Shown: positions 1 to 9,846 of the stretch, in pieces
Numbering within the stretch: position 1 is the stretch's first letter
How the letters are laid out: every line of letters begins with the position of its first letter
Assembly (NCBI GenBank): GCA_964403725.1
Contig: CAYOHI010000003.1
Coordinates: 14,374 to 78,373 of the forward strand
Direction of reading: 5' to 3'
DNA: 64,000 bases
Source of the DNA: an uncultured Candidatus Saccharibacteria bacterium
GTDB lineage: Bacteria > Patescibacteriota > Minisyncoccia > Portnoybacterales > UBA2143
Translations under genes and position numbers: made by a program
Notes under the pieces: model-generated
What the model saw: only the letters and a program-made list of their open reading frames with translations
The model's database searches: none
Told to the model about the DNA's origin: nothing

Positions 1-443
1 ATCGTCTTGTTAATCTTATGACGAACATGCAGATTCCTTTTCATTTTCTCTCTTCTGATATCTAAATATCTGTATTTCAATCTAATTTCTTCACCAGGCT
101 CTCCTTCATTGATTTCAAAAGGAGTAGTTTTAGCTTCGTTTAAGACTTTAAGTTGCTCTACTTCAATTTCAACCGTACCTGTAGGAATCTTATCATTAAT
201 CATTCCTTTAGGTCTTTCATTTACTTTACCGGTTACTTCAATAACCCATTCATTTCTTAGGGTATTAGCTAAATCATATGTTTCTTTCTTATCTGGTAGG
301 AAAACTAATTGAATCAGTCCGCTCTTGTCTCGAAGGTCAATGAAGATAATTTTTCCATGATCCCTTCTGACATGGACCCAACCGGCTAATCTAACTTGTT
401 CTCCCTGTTTTTTTATTGTTTTAACGTTTAAAATACGCTTCAT
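1..443 (-). CDS. aspS: Aspartate--tRNA ligase, N-terminal part (runs off window)
   Basis: Manual translation from ATG 443: MKRILNVKTIKKQGEQVRLAGWVHVRRDHGKIIFIDLRDKSG...RLKYRYLDIRR. This is the AspRS OB-fold motif. Missing from the ORF track because it is partial. Confidence 0.93.
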   Translation of the reverse strand, partial: MKRILNVKTIKKQGEQVRLAGWVHVRRDHGKIIFIDLRDKSGLIQLVFLPDKKETYDLANTLRNEWVIEVTGKVNERPKGMINDKIPTGTVEIEVEQLKVLNEAKTTPFEINEGEPGEEIRLKYRYLDIRREKMKRNLHVRHKINKT

Positions 444-515
444 GTTTTTGTTTTATGAGCTTAATTAATGATATTATTTTATCACTTTATTGTTTATTAA
501 TCAATGTGGAAATGC

Positions 516-550
516 AAAAGCCCCGTGCATTGAACTACACGGGGCTTTTT
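516..550 (-). terminator. Intrinsic terminator after the HIT gene
   Basis: AAAAGCCCCGTG-N10-CACGGGGCTTTT inverted repeat with A/T tails. Confidence 0.75.
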
Positions 551-578
551 AACAGTTGGGTTCTGTCGAGTTGCTGAA

Positions 579-986
579 TTATCCCAGAAAATCTCCGATA
601 TCCCTTTTGAGATTCTCCAGAGACTCGTCGGTCATGATGGGCCTTTGTTCCTTTTTTAAGGGACGGAGGGGATCTGAGGAGAAGATGAGATGAATATGTA
701 GATGATCGCTGTGCGGTCCCGGTATTAGCTCCATTTTTGTGACCTTCGGGCCATACCCTCTTTCAAGCATCAGGTGTATAATGCGCCTGGCCGCCTTTTG
801 GATTCTCAGATATTTCGCCTCGCTCATCTCGAGAAATTCGCTATGAGAATCCGGTGAAATGAGGATATGCGCCGGCCTATCGCATTCCGGGTCTAAATCG
901 GGTCGAAAGCTGGTGTAAATTTTGAACCCATCGAATTTCCTCAAATAATACTTACCCTCTTCACACAAAAAACAGGGCTGTGACAT
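579..986 (-). CDS. HIT-family protein
   Basis: N-terminal CxxC (CFLC), HILI motif, C-terminal histidine triad HLHIH; GGAGG SD upstream. Confidence 0.7.
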   Translation of the reverse strand: MSQPCFLCEEGKYYLRKFDGFKIYTSFRPDLDPECDRPAHILISPDSHSEFLEMSEAKYLRIQKAARRIIHLMLERGYGPKVTKMELIPGPHSDHLHIHLIFSSDPLRPLKKEQRPIMTDESLENLKRDIGDFLG

Positions 987-1077
987 AACTATTCCTCCTT
1001 ATTTGGGTTAATTTTGCGTTTCTGAGTACTGGGAGTAATATACAATATATTTTGTTGTTAGTCAATGTGTGTTTATA

Positions 1078-1314
1078 TTATTCTCCCTTATGAAAGTCTA
1101 AAACCTCCTTATTAAAAGGTCCATCGTTATAGTGTGATTTGCATGGAAATTCATTGCAATCAAAACAGAATTCCATTCCTTTATTCTTAGCACATTTAGG
1201 CAAAGGACAAATATCTTCAGTGATTTTTGGAGAACATCCTTTACATTCATTGTTTATGAATTTATTGCATTTAAAGCAAGCTATACCGCAAACTCCTATT
1301 ATTTGATTGGTCAT
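1078..1314 (-). CDS. Small Cys-rich protein (DUF3795-like)
   Basis: CGIACFKC...CKGC...CPLPKC...FCFDCNEFPC pattern. Confidence 0.7.
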   Translation of the reverse strand: MTNQIIGVCGIACFKCNKFINNECKGCSPKITEDICPLPKCAKNKGMEFCFDCNEFPCKSHYNDGPFNKEVLDFHKGE

Positions 1315-1829
1315 ATTTCTATTCTCCTTAAAATATTATTAATAAATTTAATTTTGTTCTTATAATATTCTCTTAATGGTAAATTATTGCACTTTTGTTT
1401 TAATTTTTCATACTCTTTTAATGATTCTGGATTTTGTTTTAAATATTTTTCAAACTTAACTGAATCAAGCCAATCTTTTGATTCTTTATTAACCAAAAAT
1501 ATTTCTATCTTAATATCATCTATATATTTTACAAATCTCGCTCTTTTTAAAGAATAAACACTTCCTGGTTTTCCAAAATGACTAATTAGTATTTCTAAAT
1601 TTTTATTAAAGTCGTTTTCGATTACTGGAATATATAGATCGATTTCTCCTTGTCCTGAAATACCTAAAGCTGTAGAACCACGATGCTGTATATCTATATT
1701 GGGTAAAAATCCTTTAATTTCTTCTTTAATCTTATTAAATACCTCTTTTGTCTCTGGATTATATGGAATAATCTTTATTTTTTCAGTGCTTAGATGAGAT
1801 ATCCATTTTTCTTGGTCTTTAGTTAGCAT
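1311..1829 (-). CDS. GrpB/UPF0157-family nucleotidyltransferase-fold protein
   Basis: IIPYNP...HRGSTAL.GISG..EIDL...YEKLK...YY..K..FI. Confidence 0.8.
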   Translation of the reverse strand: MLTKDQEKWISHLSTEKIKIIPYNPETKEVFNKIKEEIKGFLPNIDIQHRGSTALGISGQGEIDLYIPVIENDFNKNLEILISHFGKPGSVYSLKRARFVKYIDDIKIEIFLVNKESKDWLDSVKFEKYLKQNPESLKEYEKLKQKCNNLPLREYYKNKIKFINNILRRIEI

Positions 1830-1853
1830 ATGACATAAGAGTATATTTTATAC

Positions 1854-2429
1854 TTATTTCTTCACTAACATCTTAATAATCCCATGCTCATGTTTTCCAT
1901 CTGGACGATGATTGTCTTTAATGATCTTATCTTCTGTTTCCAAAATTATATTTTCAGAAAAATATTTCTTTAATTCTTCTACGGCAAAAAAGTGTTTTAA
2001 ATTTTTAGTTTCTTTTGAATAACTTGGATCTTTTTTAGAAAATACGGTTAAAAAGAATAATCCATCTTTTTTAAGTGATTTAATTACATTTCTTATTATT
2101 TCTCTAATATCTTTTAATTCTAAGAAATGCAAAACATTGATACAAGCTATCAAATCATATCCTTCCTTTGAAAAATTAAAATCTAAGATATTTTGATTTA
2201 AAGCATTTATTTTTGGATATTGTTTTTTAATTTCATCAATTACTTCCTTATCTGTATCTATGCAAGTTACTCTAAATCCTTGTTTATATAGAAATATACT
2301 ATTACCACCTAAACCCGTACCTAAATCTAAAATATTAGCATTTTTTGGTAATGTTTTTGCTAATGCTCTTATTTTTCCATTTACACCTTTGCCGAATTTG
2401 AGTTTGGTTATTTTTTTAAGTTTATTCAT
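1854..2429 (-). CDS. Class I SAM-dependent methyltransferase (TehB-like)
   Basis: ILDLGTGLGGNS motif I; YDLI..INVLHF. Confidence 0.8.
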   Translation of the reverse strand: MNKLKKITKLKFGKGVNGKIRALAKTLPKNANILDLGTGLGGNSIFLYKQGFRVTCIDTDKEVIDEIKKQYPKINALNQNILDFNFSKEGYDLIACINVLHFLELKDIREIIRNVIKSLKKDGLFFLTVFSKKDPSYSKETKNLKHFFAVEELKKYFSENIILETEDKIIKDNHRPDGKHEHGIIKMLVKK

Positions 2430-2940
2430 TCCAATTTTTAATATATTTTTCTTTAGCTAATTTAATTAATTCCTCTCCTTTTTTACCCCAGTTAAGTTTT
2501 TCAGCTGCTTGGTCTGTTTTTATAATTACTCTGCCAATAGCTTTTTTATCTGGATCCTTTATTGGCTTGTCTATTAATTCTACTTTAGCTACTATTCTTA
2601 AGAAACAGTTTTGTTTTTTAGATTCTTTTTTGTTTGGATAATATATTTGTTCAAATCCTATTGTTTTCCAATCAATTAATTTTAATTGAGCTTCTTCAAT
2701 TAATTCTCTTTTGATTGTTGTTTCTATTGATTCTCCTTTTTCTATAGTTCCTCCTGGATTACCTAAGTATCCTTCTATATTTTTATAGAATACGATATTA
2801 TCTTTATCTAAAAAGCAGACCGCTTGAACTTGGTCTACTTTCGATAAATCACAATGATTATTTAGTGGATGTAATTCTAATTCATAATCATTGTTTTTCC
2901 ATTTTCCTTTTTCTGAGAATAGTGAGTTTTTAATATTCAT
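2422..2940 (-). CDS. NUDIX hydrolase
   Basis: Nudix box GGTIEKGESIETTIKRELIEEA; start moved to ATG 2940. Confidence 0.8.
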   Translation of the reverse strand: MNIKNSLFSEKGKWKNNDYELELHPLNNHCDLSKVDQVQAVCFLDKDNIVFYKNIEGYLGNPGGTIEKGESIETTIKRELIEEAQLKLIDWKTIGFEQIYYPNKKESKKQNCFLRIVAKVELIDKPIKDPDKKAIGRVIIKTDQAAEKLNWGKKGEELIKLAKEKYIKNWNE

Positions 2941-3517
2941 GTCCCTTCTGCTTGTTAAATTCAAATTCAATTTCTTTGAATTTCTTTTGTGATTCTTTAG
3001 TATTGGTCGTAATCCCGGAAAATTCAATTATTTCAGCATCATTTGTCTTTGTGTCATAAATTGCAAAGCTTGGATTGCCAGTTTTGTACGCTCCAATCTC
3101 ACCTGGATTTACAACTAAGCATTTGCCAATCTTTTCTTTATTTTTTGTATGATTATGCCCATAAAAAACCGCATCAAATTCTTTGGATTTAGCCATAGGT
3201 TTGGCTAAAATTGGAAAATGGGTTAAGAATATTTTTCTTTTATCAATTTCTATAATATCGTATGTCTCAAAACTGACTTCTAGATTACTATCCTTTTCAA
3301 GACTGAATTTAGTGATTAAGCTTTTATCTCCATCATTATTACCCCAGATTGCAAAAACAGGTATTGGCGAAGAGCATAAGAGATTAGCAATAGCAGCACC
3401 GGCAAAATCGCCTAAAAATAGGATTTTCTTGATGTTTTTATAACTATTGATTTTATCTAATGCCAGGACTAAGTTATGGGCATTATCATGGACATCAGCT
3501 ATGATTGCTATTTTCAT
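2930..3517 (-). CDS. YfcE/MJ0936-family metallophosphoesterase
   Basis: DVHDN, GD, GNND, GHNH and NPG motifs. Confidence 0.85.
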   Translation of the reverse strand: MKIAIIADVHDNAHNLVLALDKINSYKNIKKILFLGDFAGAAIANLLCSSPIPVFAIWGNNDGDKSLITKFSLEKDSNLEVSFETYDIIEIDKRKIFLTHFPILAKPMAKSKEFDAVFYGHNHTKNKEKIGKCLVVNPGEIGAYKTGNPSFAIYDTKTNDAEIIEFSGITTNTKESQKKFKEIEFEFNKQKGHEY

Positions 3518-3531
3518 GAAACAATATTAAA

Positions 3532-3735
3532 TTAACATCTACTAGGTTTTTTTGTAACTTTATTTAAATTAGGGTAAATTGGTAGATTTAAAATTTTTTC
3601 TTCAATGGTAAAAGGCTTATCTTTTACTCTTTCATAATTTTTTTTCCTAATAATTCTTCCACTGGTAGAGATGTCATTTTTGATTATTATTCTGTATTTA
3701 TTAATTTTTGAATTTAAGTAATTTTTATTATGCAT
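3532..3735 (-). CDS. Small basic hypothetical protein
   Basis: 67-aa ORF filling the gap between co-oriented genes; no motif. Confidence 0.3.
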   Translation of the reverse strand: MHNKNYLNSKINKYRIIIKNDISTSGRIIRKKNYERVKDKPFTIEEKILNLPIYPNLNKVTKKPSRC

Positions 3736-3757
3736 AATGTAATATATTATTTTTTAT

Positions 3758-4705
3758 TTAAGTAACACCATCTGTATCTTCATTGATATTTTCATGCTCT
3801 CCAGTTTGATCATCTTCAATCTGATTATTTTCTTCATAACAAATAAAATCTATAAAATTATCTATATTTTCTTCCATTAATAAATTAGATAACTCGCTTA
3901 TATTCATTTTATATTCCTGACTAATCGACTCTGGTTTTATGACATTTGGCAAAAACTTAGAAATAATATCATAATCAATTATATGACCGTGATCAGGACA
4001 TTCATTTACTAAATAATCAACCAATAAATTTCTTCTTTCTTTTGGTAAGTCGGAGTTAAAAATAGTTAATATTCTAGTTGCATATTTTTCACCAATATCG
4101 AGCTTTCTTTTTTTATTTCCTAGTTGATAAGGATTTATTTGTTTTAAAAGTGGTCCGTAAAATTTGTATAAATAGTCAAATATTTGCTTAGAAAGTTCTC
4201 CTCTTTTGATTCTCACTACTTTATTTTTATATAAATGATAGAACATCATTTGAAACATTTCTAATGATCTATTTTCAATTCTTTCTAATGATTTTTCATC
4301 TACCAAAGCACTTTCACGTTCATAATCAGGACTGTCTTCTCTTTCCTTAACTATTTGAACATCCAATGGGCCAAATTCACCAAAATCATCCATTATTATT
4401 TTTGAACCTCCCAAAGAGAGTAAAGTTGCAGCACTCTTTGCCCAGAAAGGAACAATAACATTAACCTTCTCAAAATTTTTCCTTAAAGTTCTGATGATTC
4501 TATATGCATCGCCAGGATCTCCTCCAGGGGAATTTATTATGAAATCAATTTCATTAACATTCTCTTTTCCGACAATAAACTCCTCAACCTTTTTCCTTAC
4601 AGTAATTACACTTTTAGGAAGTATTGGCGAAAGAAAAACAAATTGATCCTTCTCTCTAATTTCTGCGGTTTTTTTTATTTTATTTTTTAATTCTTCAATT
4701 GACAT
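3758..4705 (-). CDS. ClpP/SppA-class serine protease (SDH family)
   Basis: INSPGGDPGDAY, VIVPFWAKSAATLLSLG, FGPLDVQ, DHGHII. Confidence 0.8.
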   Translation of the reverse strand: MSIEELKNKIKKTAEIREKDQFVFLSPILPKSVITVRKKVEEFIVGKENVNEIDFIINSPGGDPGDAYRIIRTLRKNFEKVNVIVPFWAKSAATLLSLGGSKIIMDDFGEFGPLDVQIVKEREDSPDYERESALVDEKSLERIENRSLEMFQMMFYHLYKNKVVRIKRGELSKQIFDYLYKFYGPLLKQINPYQLGNKKRKLDIGEKYATRILTIFNSDLPKERRNLLVDYLVNECPDHGHIIDYDIISKFLPNVIKPESISQEYKMNISELSNLLMEENIDNFIDFICYEENNQIEDDQTGEHENINEDTDGVT

Positions 4706-4772
4706 TATTCAATGTTAAAAAGTTAAAAGATTTCGATAAATTAGATATATGAGACAGGATTAATCTTCATAG

Positions 4773-4843
4773 TACCCCGCAAGGGAATCGAACCCCTATC
4801 AATTGGTTAAAAGCCAACTGCTCTACCACTGAGCTAGCGGGGC
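4773..4843 (-). tRNA. tRNA-Lys(UUU)
   Basis: GCCCCGCTAGCTCAGTGGTAGAGCA-GTTGG-CTTTTAA-CCAAT...GGTTCGATTCC...GCGGGGTA; CCA not encoded. Confidence 0.93.
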
Positions 4844-4919
4844 ATGAGTACTTAAAATATTCTAACCTTATTCAAAATAAAAATCAAGCTAAAAACAAGC
4901 TTGATTGTCTCCACCCACC

Positions 4920-5474
4920 CTATTTCTTCCCATCCACCATCTTTTTCTTTCTCATCAATACCAAAACTAGAATTGGCAATGTAATCCAGATAAATTGAGC
5001 TTCAGGACCGATCAACAGCATCCTAATTACTGATCCTAAATTAGCTACTGCATCCTGAGGCAGAAACGAAAGAATAACCATGGCTAGTAAACCAACTTGA
5101 GCCACTGCCAATAGGAGTAATTGCCACCAAGATGCCAATCCCCTTTTTCTTAATCTAAATGTTGAAGTTAAAATTGATCTAGGAATTAGGAAATAGAATA
5201 AGAGGATAATTCCTAAAAAAAGAATTGTTTTCAAAGAAGATGATGGGTTTTGCTCAACTCCCAGCCAGCCAACTGAACTCAATTTCCACCAAGGAATTTT
5301 TTGAACAATTAAAAGTGAAAAATAGCTGCTAATAAGAAGGACTATCATTCTATTTCTTCCTAAGAACAATCCATAGACCAAAACAGCGACTAAGAAAACT
5401 ACGCCAATAAAAATATCCCAACCGGATGCATTGCCGATATTGAAACTGGATAAAAATGAATATATGGCAGCCAT
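4920..5474 (-). CDS. Multi-pass membrane protein
   Basis: About 5 hydrophobic segments; directly follows dnaJ. Confidence 0.6.
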   Translation of the reverse strand: MAAIYSFLSSFNIGNASGWDIFIGVVFLVAVLVYGLFLGRNRMIVLLISSYFSLLIVQKIPWWKLSSVGWLGVEQNPSSSLKTILFLGIILLFYFLIPRSILTSTFRLRKRGLASWWQLLLLAVAQVGLLAMVILSFLPQDAVANLGSVIRMLLIGPEAQFIWITLPILVLVLMRKKKMVDGKK

Positions 5475-6557
5475 TTAACTATTCTGTAATTCTTTAATTA
5501 ATTTTTTTTGTTGACGAGTCAATTTCTTTGGAACTTCAACTTGGATTTTAACAATTAAATCACCTTTTCCTCTGCTATACAGGCTAGGCATTCCCTTGTC
5601 TTTTAATTTTATCATACTCCCTGGCTGAGTTCCAGCAGGGATCTTTAATTTAACTTCACCCTCTAAAGTTGGTATCTGTATTTTATCACCTAATGTAGCT
5701 TGAGTGAAATTAATTGTTAAATCATATACTAAATTATCACTTATTCTTTCAAATTCCTTATGAGGCTTAACATGAATGTTTACAAACAGATCTCCAGCTT
5801 CTCCGCCATGTTTTCCTGCCTCACCCTGTCCATTCATCTTTAAAGTCTGGCCATCTTCAATTCCTTTAGGAACTTTAACTTTAATTTTGCTATCTTTTTT
5901 AATTCTTCCTTGACCATCACATTCTTTACATATCTTTTCTGGAATTTCTCCTCTGCCATGGCATTCTTCACAGATTCTTCTCTGGAATATCATTCCTAAA
6001 ATACTATTGTTTTGAACTTGCTGGTAGCCAGATCCGCCACAAATAGAACAAGTCTTTAATTTATCCCCTCCCTTGCCCTGACATTTATCGCAAGTAACTA
6101 ATTTTCTTAAATCAACTTCCTTTTCAAGCCCGTTATATACATCTTCTAAATTAATATTTAAATCAATAACAATATCTTGGCCATAAGAGTTAGCTTTTCT
6201 GGCCCTGCCGCCAAACATCTGTTCAAAAATACGTCCAAAGCCTAAATCTTCAAAAATATCTTCTCCGCCAAAAGCATCTTGGAAATGACTGAAATCTTGC
6301 TGTGAAAATCCCCTGCCGCCAAATCCTTGATTGTCAAAAGTCTGGCCAAATTGGTCATACTGGCTTTTCTTTTCCTTATCAGAAAGAACAGTGTAAGCTT
6401 CACTGATCTTTTTAAACTTCTCTTCGTATTCTTTCTTCTTATTCTCCGGTGCCTTATCCGGATGATATTTAAGCGCCAGTTTCCTATATGCTTTTTTAAT
6501 TTCAGAATCAGAAGCGTTCTCAGGCACTCCCAGTGTCTCGTAATATTCTTTAGCCAT
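5475..6557 (-). CDS. dnaJ: Chaperone DnaJ
   Basis: J domain with HPD, G/F region, four CxxCxGxG repeats. Confidence 0.97.
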   Translation of the reverse strand: MAKEYYETLGVPENASDSEIKKAYRKLALKYHPDKAPENKKKEYEEKFKKISEAYTVLSDKEKKSQYDQFGQTFDNQGFGGRGFSQQDFSHFQDAFGGEDIFEDLGFGRIFEQMFGGRARKANSYGQDIVIDLNINLEDVYNGLEKEVDLRKLVTCDKCQGKGGDKLKTCSICGGSGYQQVQNNSILGMIFQRRICEECHGRGEIPEKICKECDGQGRIKKDSKIKVKVPKGIEDGQTLKMNGQGEAGKHGGEAGDLFVNIHVKPHKEFERISDNLVYDLTINFTQATLGDKIQIPTLEGEVKLKIPAGTQPGSMIKLKDKGMPSLYSRGKGDLIVKIQVEVPKKLTRQQKKLIKELQNS

Positions 6558-6559
6558 AT

Positions 6560-7381
6560 TTATACCTCTATTATTTCCTTCAGAACTGCTTTTTCTTGAA
6601 TTTTAATTGCGCCTGAGGCAACTAGAATTTTAAAGATTACCCAAGTTAAGAAAATACTTATCCACATAAATGGAAAGCCAATGACTTTTAAGGCAAAGAA
6701 AATACCGACAGCTGAACCTAAAGTCAAATATTCCTTGTATGCCTGGCTCTGCTTGTTAATTTCAGAATTTATCTGGTTATACAAATCATCCTTAATTTCA
6801 TCACTGGCAATTGTCACATTCATATTTAAATCAATGCCGAATTGCTGGGCAACTTGATTAACTGGCAGGCTTCCCTCAATGTTTCCGATTATCGGACCGA
6901 TTACTTTGTCAAAAATTGGCCTTGGAATAGTAATTTGATTCTGGCCAGTTAAAGCTAAAGGAGAAAAGTAGTATGCTGTAGCAATTAACAGAGCTAGACC
7001 TGTCATAACTAGAGGCAATCCTCTTTTTAAGACCATGACTGCATCAATCTTAATTCTTCCTCTTTTCTCATCAACAGCTCTCTGTGATCCTAAATGAAAA
7101 AGAAGAAAAGCAACTATCAGGGCTAACAAGTATTCTACTTTAAATCCAAAAGGGAAAAGAAAGCTAATTAAGACAAAAAACAATGTAATTAAAAGAATTG
7201 TCTTTGATTTGGTTAAAAGCCAATTCAAACTTAAGAAAATTAACAGAACAAAAAAACCAATAACTGGTAAGACCCAATTGCCGTCTTTAGATAAGATATT
7301 TGACAGTCCAGCCCAAGCAGCAGTCGCTACTAAAGTGGTCAGACCGATAATAACTGATTGAGTAACCCTATTTTTTTGCAT
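6560..7381 (-). CDS. Membrane protein of unknown function
   Basis: Multiple TM segments; -10 TATAAT 8 nt before the ATG. Confidence 0.6.
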   Translation of the reverse strand: MQKNRVTQSVIIGLTTLVATAAWAGLSNILSKDGNWVLPVIGFFVLLIFLSLNWLLTKSKTILLITLFFVLISFLFPFGFKVEYLLALIVAFLLFHLGSQRAVDEKRGRIKIDAVMVLKRGLPLVMTGLALLIATAYYFSPLALTGQNQITIPRPIFDKVIGPIIGNIEGSLPVNQVAQQFGIDLNMNVTIASDEIKDDLYNQINSEINKQSQAYKEYLTLGSAVGIFFALKVIGFPFMWISIFLTWVIFKILVASGAIKIQEKAVLKEIIEV

Positions 7382-7402
7382 CTCAAGTATTATACTACAA
7401 AA

Positions 7403-8503
7403 TTAAGTATATTTCAAAACCAAACTCTCCACAATCTTATCCCAACTGTAGTGATGCCTGACATATTTCTTTAATTCTTTAGTTTTTCCTTTAGTAATTT
7501 TAGGATTCTTTAAAAGACAATCTAAAATTTCTTTTAAATCATTTGTATTCTTATTCTTAAAGAAGAATGGCAAGTCTTTTAAAATGAATTTATGGACTTT
7601 GATGTCTGATAAGAGAATTGGCCTGCCAAAGCTAGCTGCTTCTAAGACAACAATTGGCAATCCTTCTTGCTCTGAAGGATGGACGAAAAGATAGGCATTG
7701 CTGAACAGTTCCTGCATGACTTTGCCATGCTGTCCGCCTAGAAACATAATATTCTGGTTATCCCCTGCTATATCCTTTAATTTCTTCTCATATCCTTGAG
7801 TGTAGAATGGAGGCCCGACAATGACCAGTTTCTTATCAGTCTTAATTTGCTGATAAGCTTTAATTAGATATTGGATTCCTTTATGAGCAATTAGACGGCT
7901 GACTACGAAAATATATCCGTTTTTCTCTAATCCCCATTTCTTAATCAATTTAGCTGGAGTATATTCATCATGTCCTATGCCATTTGGAATGTAGGTTGCT
8001 CTTTGTTTAAATGTATCTAAAATGTATTCCTGGATTTCAGGAGAAACAGCAATAACTTCATCAGCGAAGAAACAGCCAATAGCTTCTCCTAATTTCAAAG
8101 AAAATCTGGCAAAGAAACCCCATTTCTGATGCTGGTAATCTCGGCAATGGAAAGTAAAGATAACTTTAGCCTGGGGATAGAATACTTTAGGAATCCAAGC
8201 ACATAGGGCTGGACCAATACCATGATAGTGAATAATATCAGGCTTGATTTTGAATAAGGAATGTATAGTTGAGAAAAATACGTGACTAATGGCATCTAAA
8301 TGCTTTGTCTTGATGCTTGGCATGTGAATCAGATTAACGCTTTTGTATTTCTTGGTTTCTTTAGATGTATAGTATGCTCTGACATAGGCGAAAACTTTGT
8401 AATTTTTCTTTTTAGCCAAACGTAAAGAAACCTCCTCCACATGTCGTTCAATTCCCCCGAAAAGAACAGGTATTCCTTTTTGACCGATCATTACTATTTT
8501 CAT
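7403..8503 (-). CDS. Glycosyltransferase family 4
   Basis: GQKGIP..GGIERHVEE; RL..HKG; PSEQEGLPIVVLEA. Confidence 0.92.
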   Translation of the reverse strand: MKIVMIGQKGIPVLFGGIERHVEEVSLRLAKKKNYKVFAYVRAYYTSKETKKYKSVNLIHMPSIKTKHLDAISHVFFSTIHSLFKIKPDIIHYHGIGPALCAWIPKVFYPQAKVIFTFHCRDYQHQKWGFFARFSLKLGEAIGCFFADEVIAVSPEIQEYILDTFKQRATYIPNGIGHDEYTPAKLIKKWGLEKNGYIFVVSRLIAHKGIQYLIKAYQQIKTDKKLVIVGPPFYTQGYEKKLKDIAGDNQNIMFLGGQHGKVMQELFSNAYLFVHPSEQEGLPIVVLEAASFGRPILLSDIKVHKFILKDLPFFFKNKNTNDLKEILDCLLKNPKITKGKTKELKKYVRHHYSWDKIVESLVLKYT

Positions 8504-9846
8504 CTATGATATATGACCCCCTCCCAGTCTTTTTTAATTACTTCTTCTAATTCAAGAATGGATTCTTGAATATTCTTGATAGAATATTTTACTGGCATTT
8601 CGTTAACACCTGGTTGTTTCTGGATTAGAATATTGTATTTCTCTTTGTATGATTCTGGCAGTAAGAATTTGAATTCAACTGTCTTTTCTTCTCCGGCTGG
8701 AACAATAATGTAATTGCCAAATGAAGTTCTGTTAAATTCATCAAAGAATCCTGTTTCATCTAATACTCCAATACTTTCAGTCAGATAGCTTCCCAATGGA
8801 ACGTAAACTCTTAGATAACACTTGTAATCATTGCTAAACCAATCTCTTTGCGCTCTTAAATGCTTGAATTTAATCTTTAAATTAGCTTCTGGTCTTTCTT
8901 TTGAATGATCAACAAAGTATTCTATTTCTCTTTCTAGATTAGCATTACTTTTAAGGCCCATCAAATTAGCTTCAACTAGTATTAGATAGTTTTCTTCATA
9001 ATCCTGATTTATTTCTCCACTCCAATTAAGCTTTGAAATGGTTTCTTGATCTTCAATATCTTTTAGAGATATTAATATATTCTTGTTGTCCAATTCACCG
9101 AGAATCAGATCACTGAATTCATTACTTTGCCAAATATTTTCTTTAGTTATCTTATCTAATATTTCACGGACCAGAGACTTGAAAATACTTTTTCTCTCAC
9201 CTGAAATGATGCCTCTGTCAATGTATCCTTTTTCAATCTCATATTCTACCTGGAACAAAACATCATCACTTTCAAATTCCTTATTAAATTCCTCTAAATA
9301 TATTGGTCCGGTTAATTTTAGCAATATTTGCAAAACAGTTGCATTGATTCCAATGACACCGTCAAATTCTTCTCTGCCACCTTGCAGATGATAGAAATGT
9401 TCTACTTGGCTAGCAGAAACCTGAAAATCAGGTGACCAGTTTCCATCTCTCATCTGCCAATTATCAATATTTAAATATGTTTTCAAGGCATATGGCGGTT
9501 CGGTGACTGTTTTTCCATAGCCGTCAAAGATATTAGTATCATGGACTTCAAAATTTATTGGCTTTCCATCCTTTACTTTCATTATTCCGAAAGTACCGAT
9601 GTATCCGCCAGTCGGTCTTAATTCTAAATTATTTTGGAAGAGTAATAGATAATTTCTTTCGCCTTCAAAGCCAGTTAATTTAGGAATTAATTTCAGAATT
9701 GATATTTTTTCAACTTTATCTTTAATATTGTCTGTTATTAAAGAAATTTTATTAAACCAGCCTTGCTGCCACATTAAAAGACCGCCTGTGATTAAAAAGA
9801 TTATAGTTAAAGATACTAATATTTTAATTATTTTTAATTCTTTCAT
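8500..9846 (-). CDS. DUF4012-domain membrane-anchored protein
   Basis: YLLLFQNNLELRPTGGYIG, RDGNWSPDF, YLRVYVPLGS, QKQPG. Confidence 0.85.
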   Translation of the reverse strand: MKELKIIKILVSLTIIFLITGGLLMWQQGWFNKISLITDNIKDKVEKISILKLIPKLTGFEGERNYLLLFQNNLELRPTGGYIGTFGIMKVKDGKPINFEVHDTNIFDGYGKTVTEPPYALKTYLNIDNWQMRDGNWSPDFQVSASQVEHFYHLQGGREEFDGVIGINATVLQILLKLTGPIYLEEFNKEFESDDVLFQVEYEIEKGYIDRGIISGERKSIFKSLVREILDKITKENIWQSNEFSDLILGELDNKNILISLKDIEDQETISKLNWSGEINQDYEENYLILVEANLMGLKSNANLEREIEYFVDHSKERPEANLKIKFKHLRAQRDWFSNDYKCYLRVYVPLGSYLTESIGVLDETGFFDEFNRTSFGNYIIVPAGEEKTVEFKFLLPESYKEKYNILIQKQPGVNEMPVKYSIKNIQESILELEEVIKKDWEGVIYHR

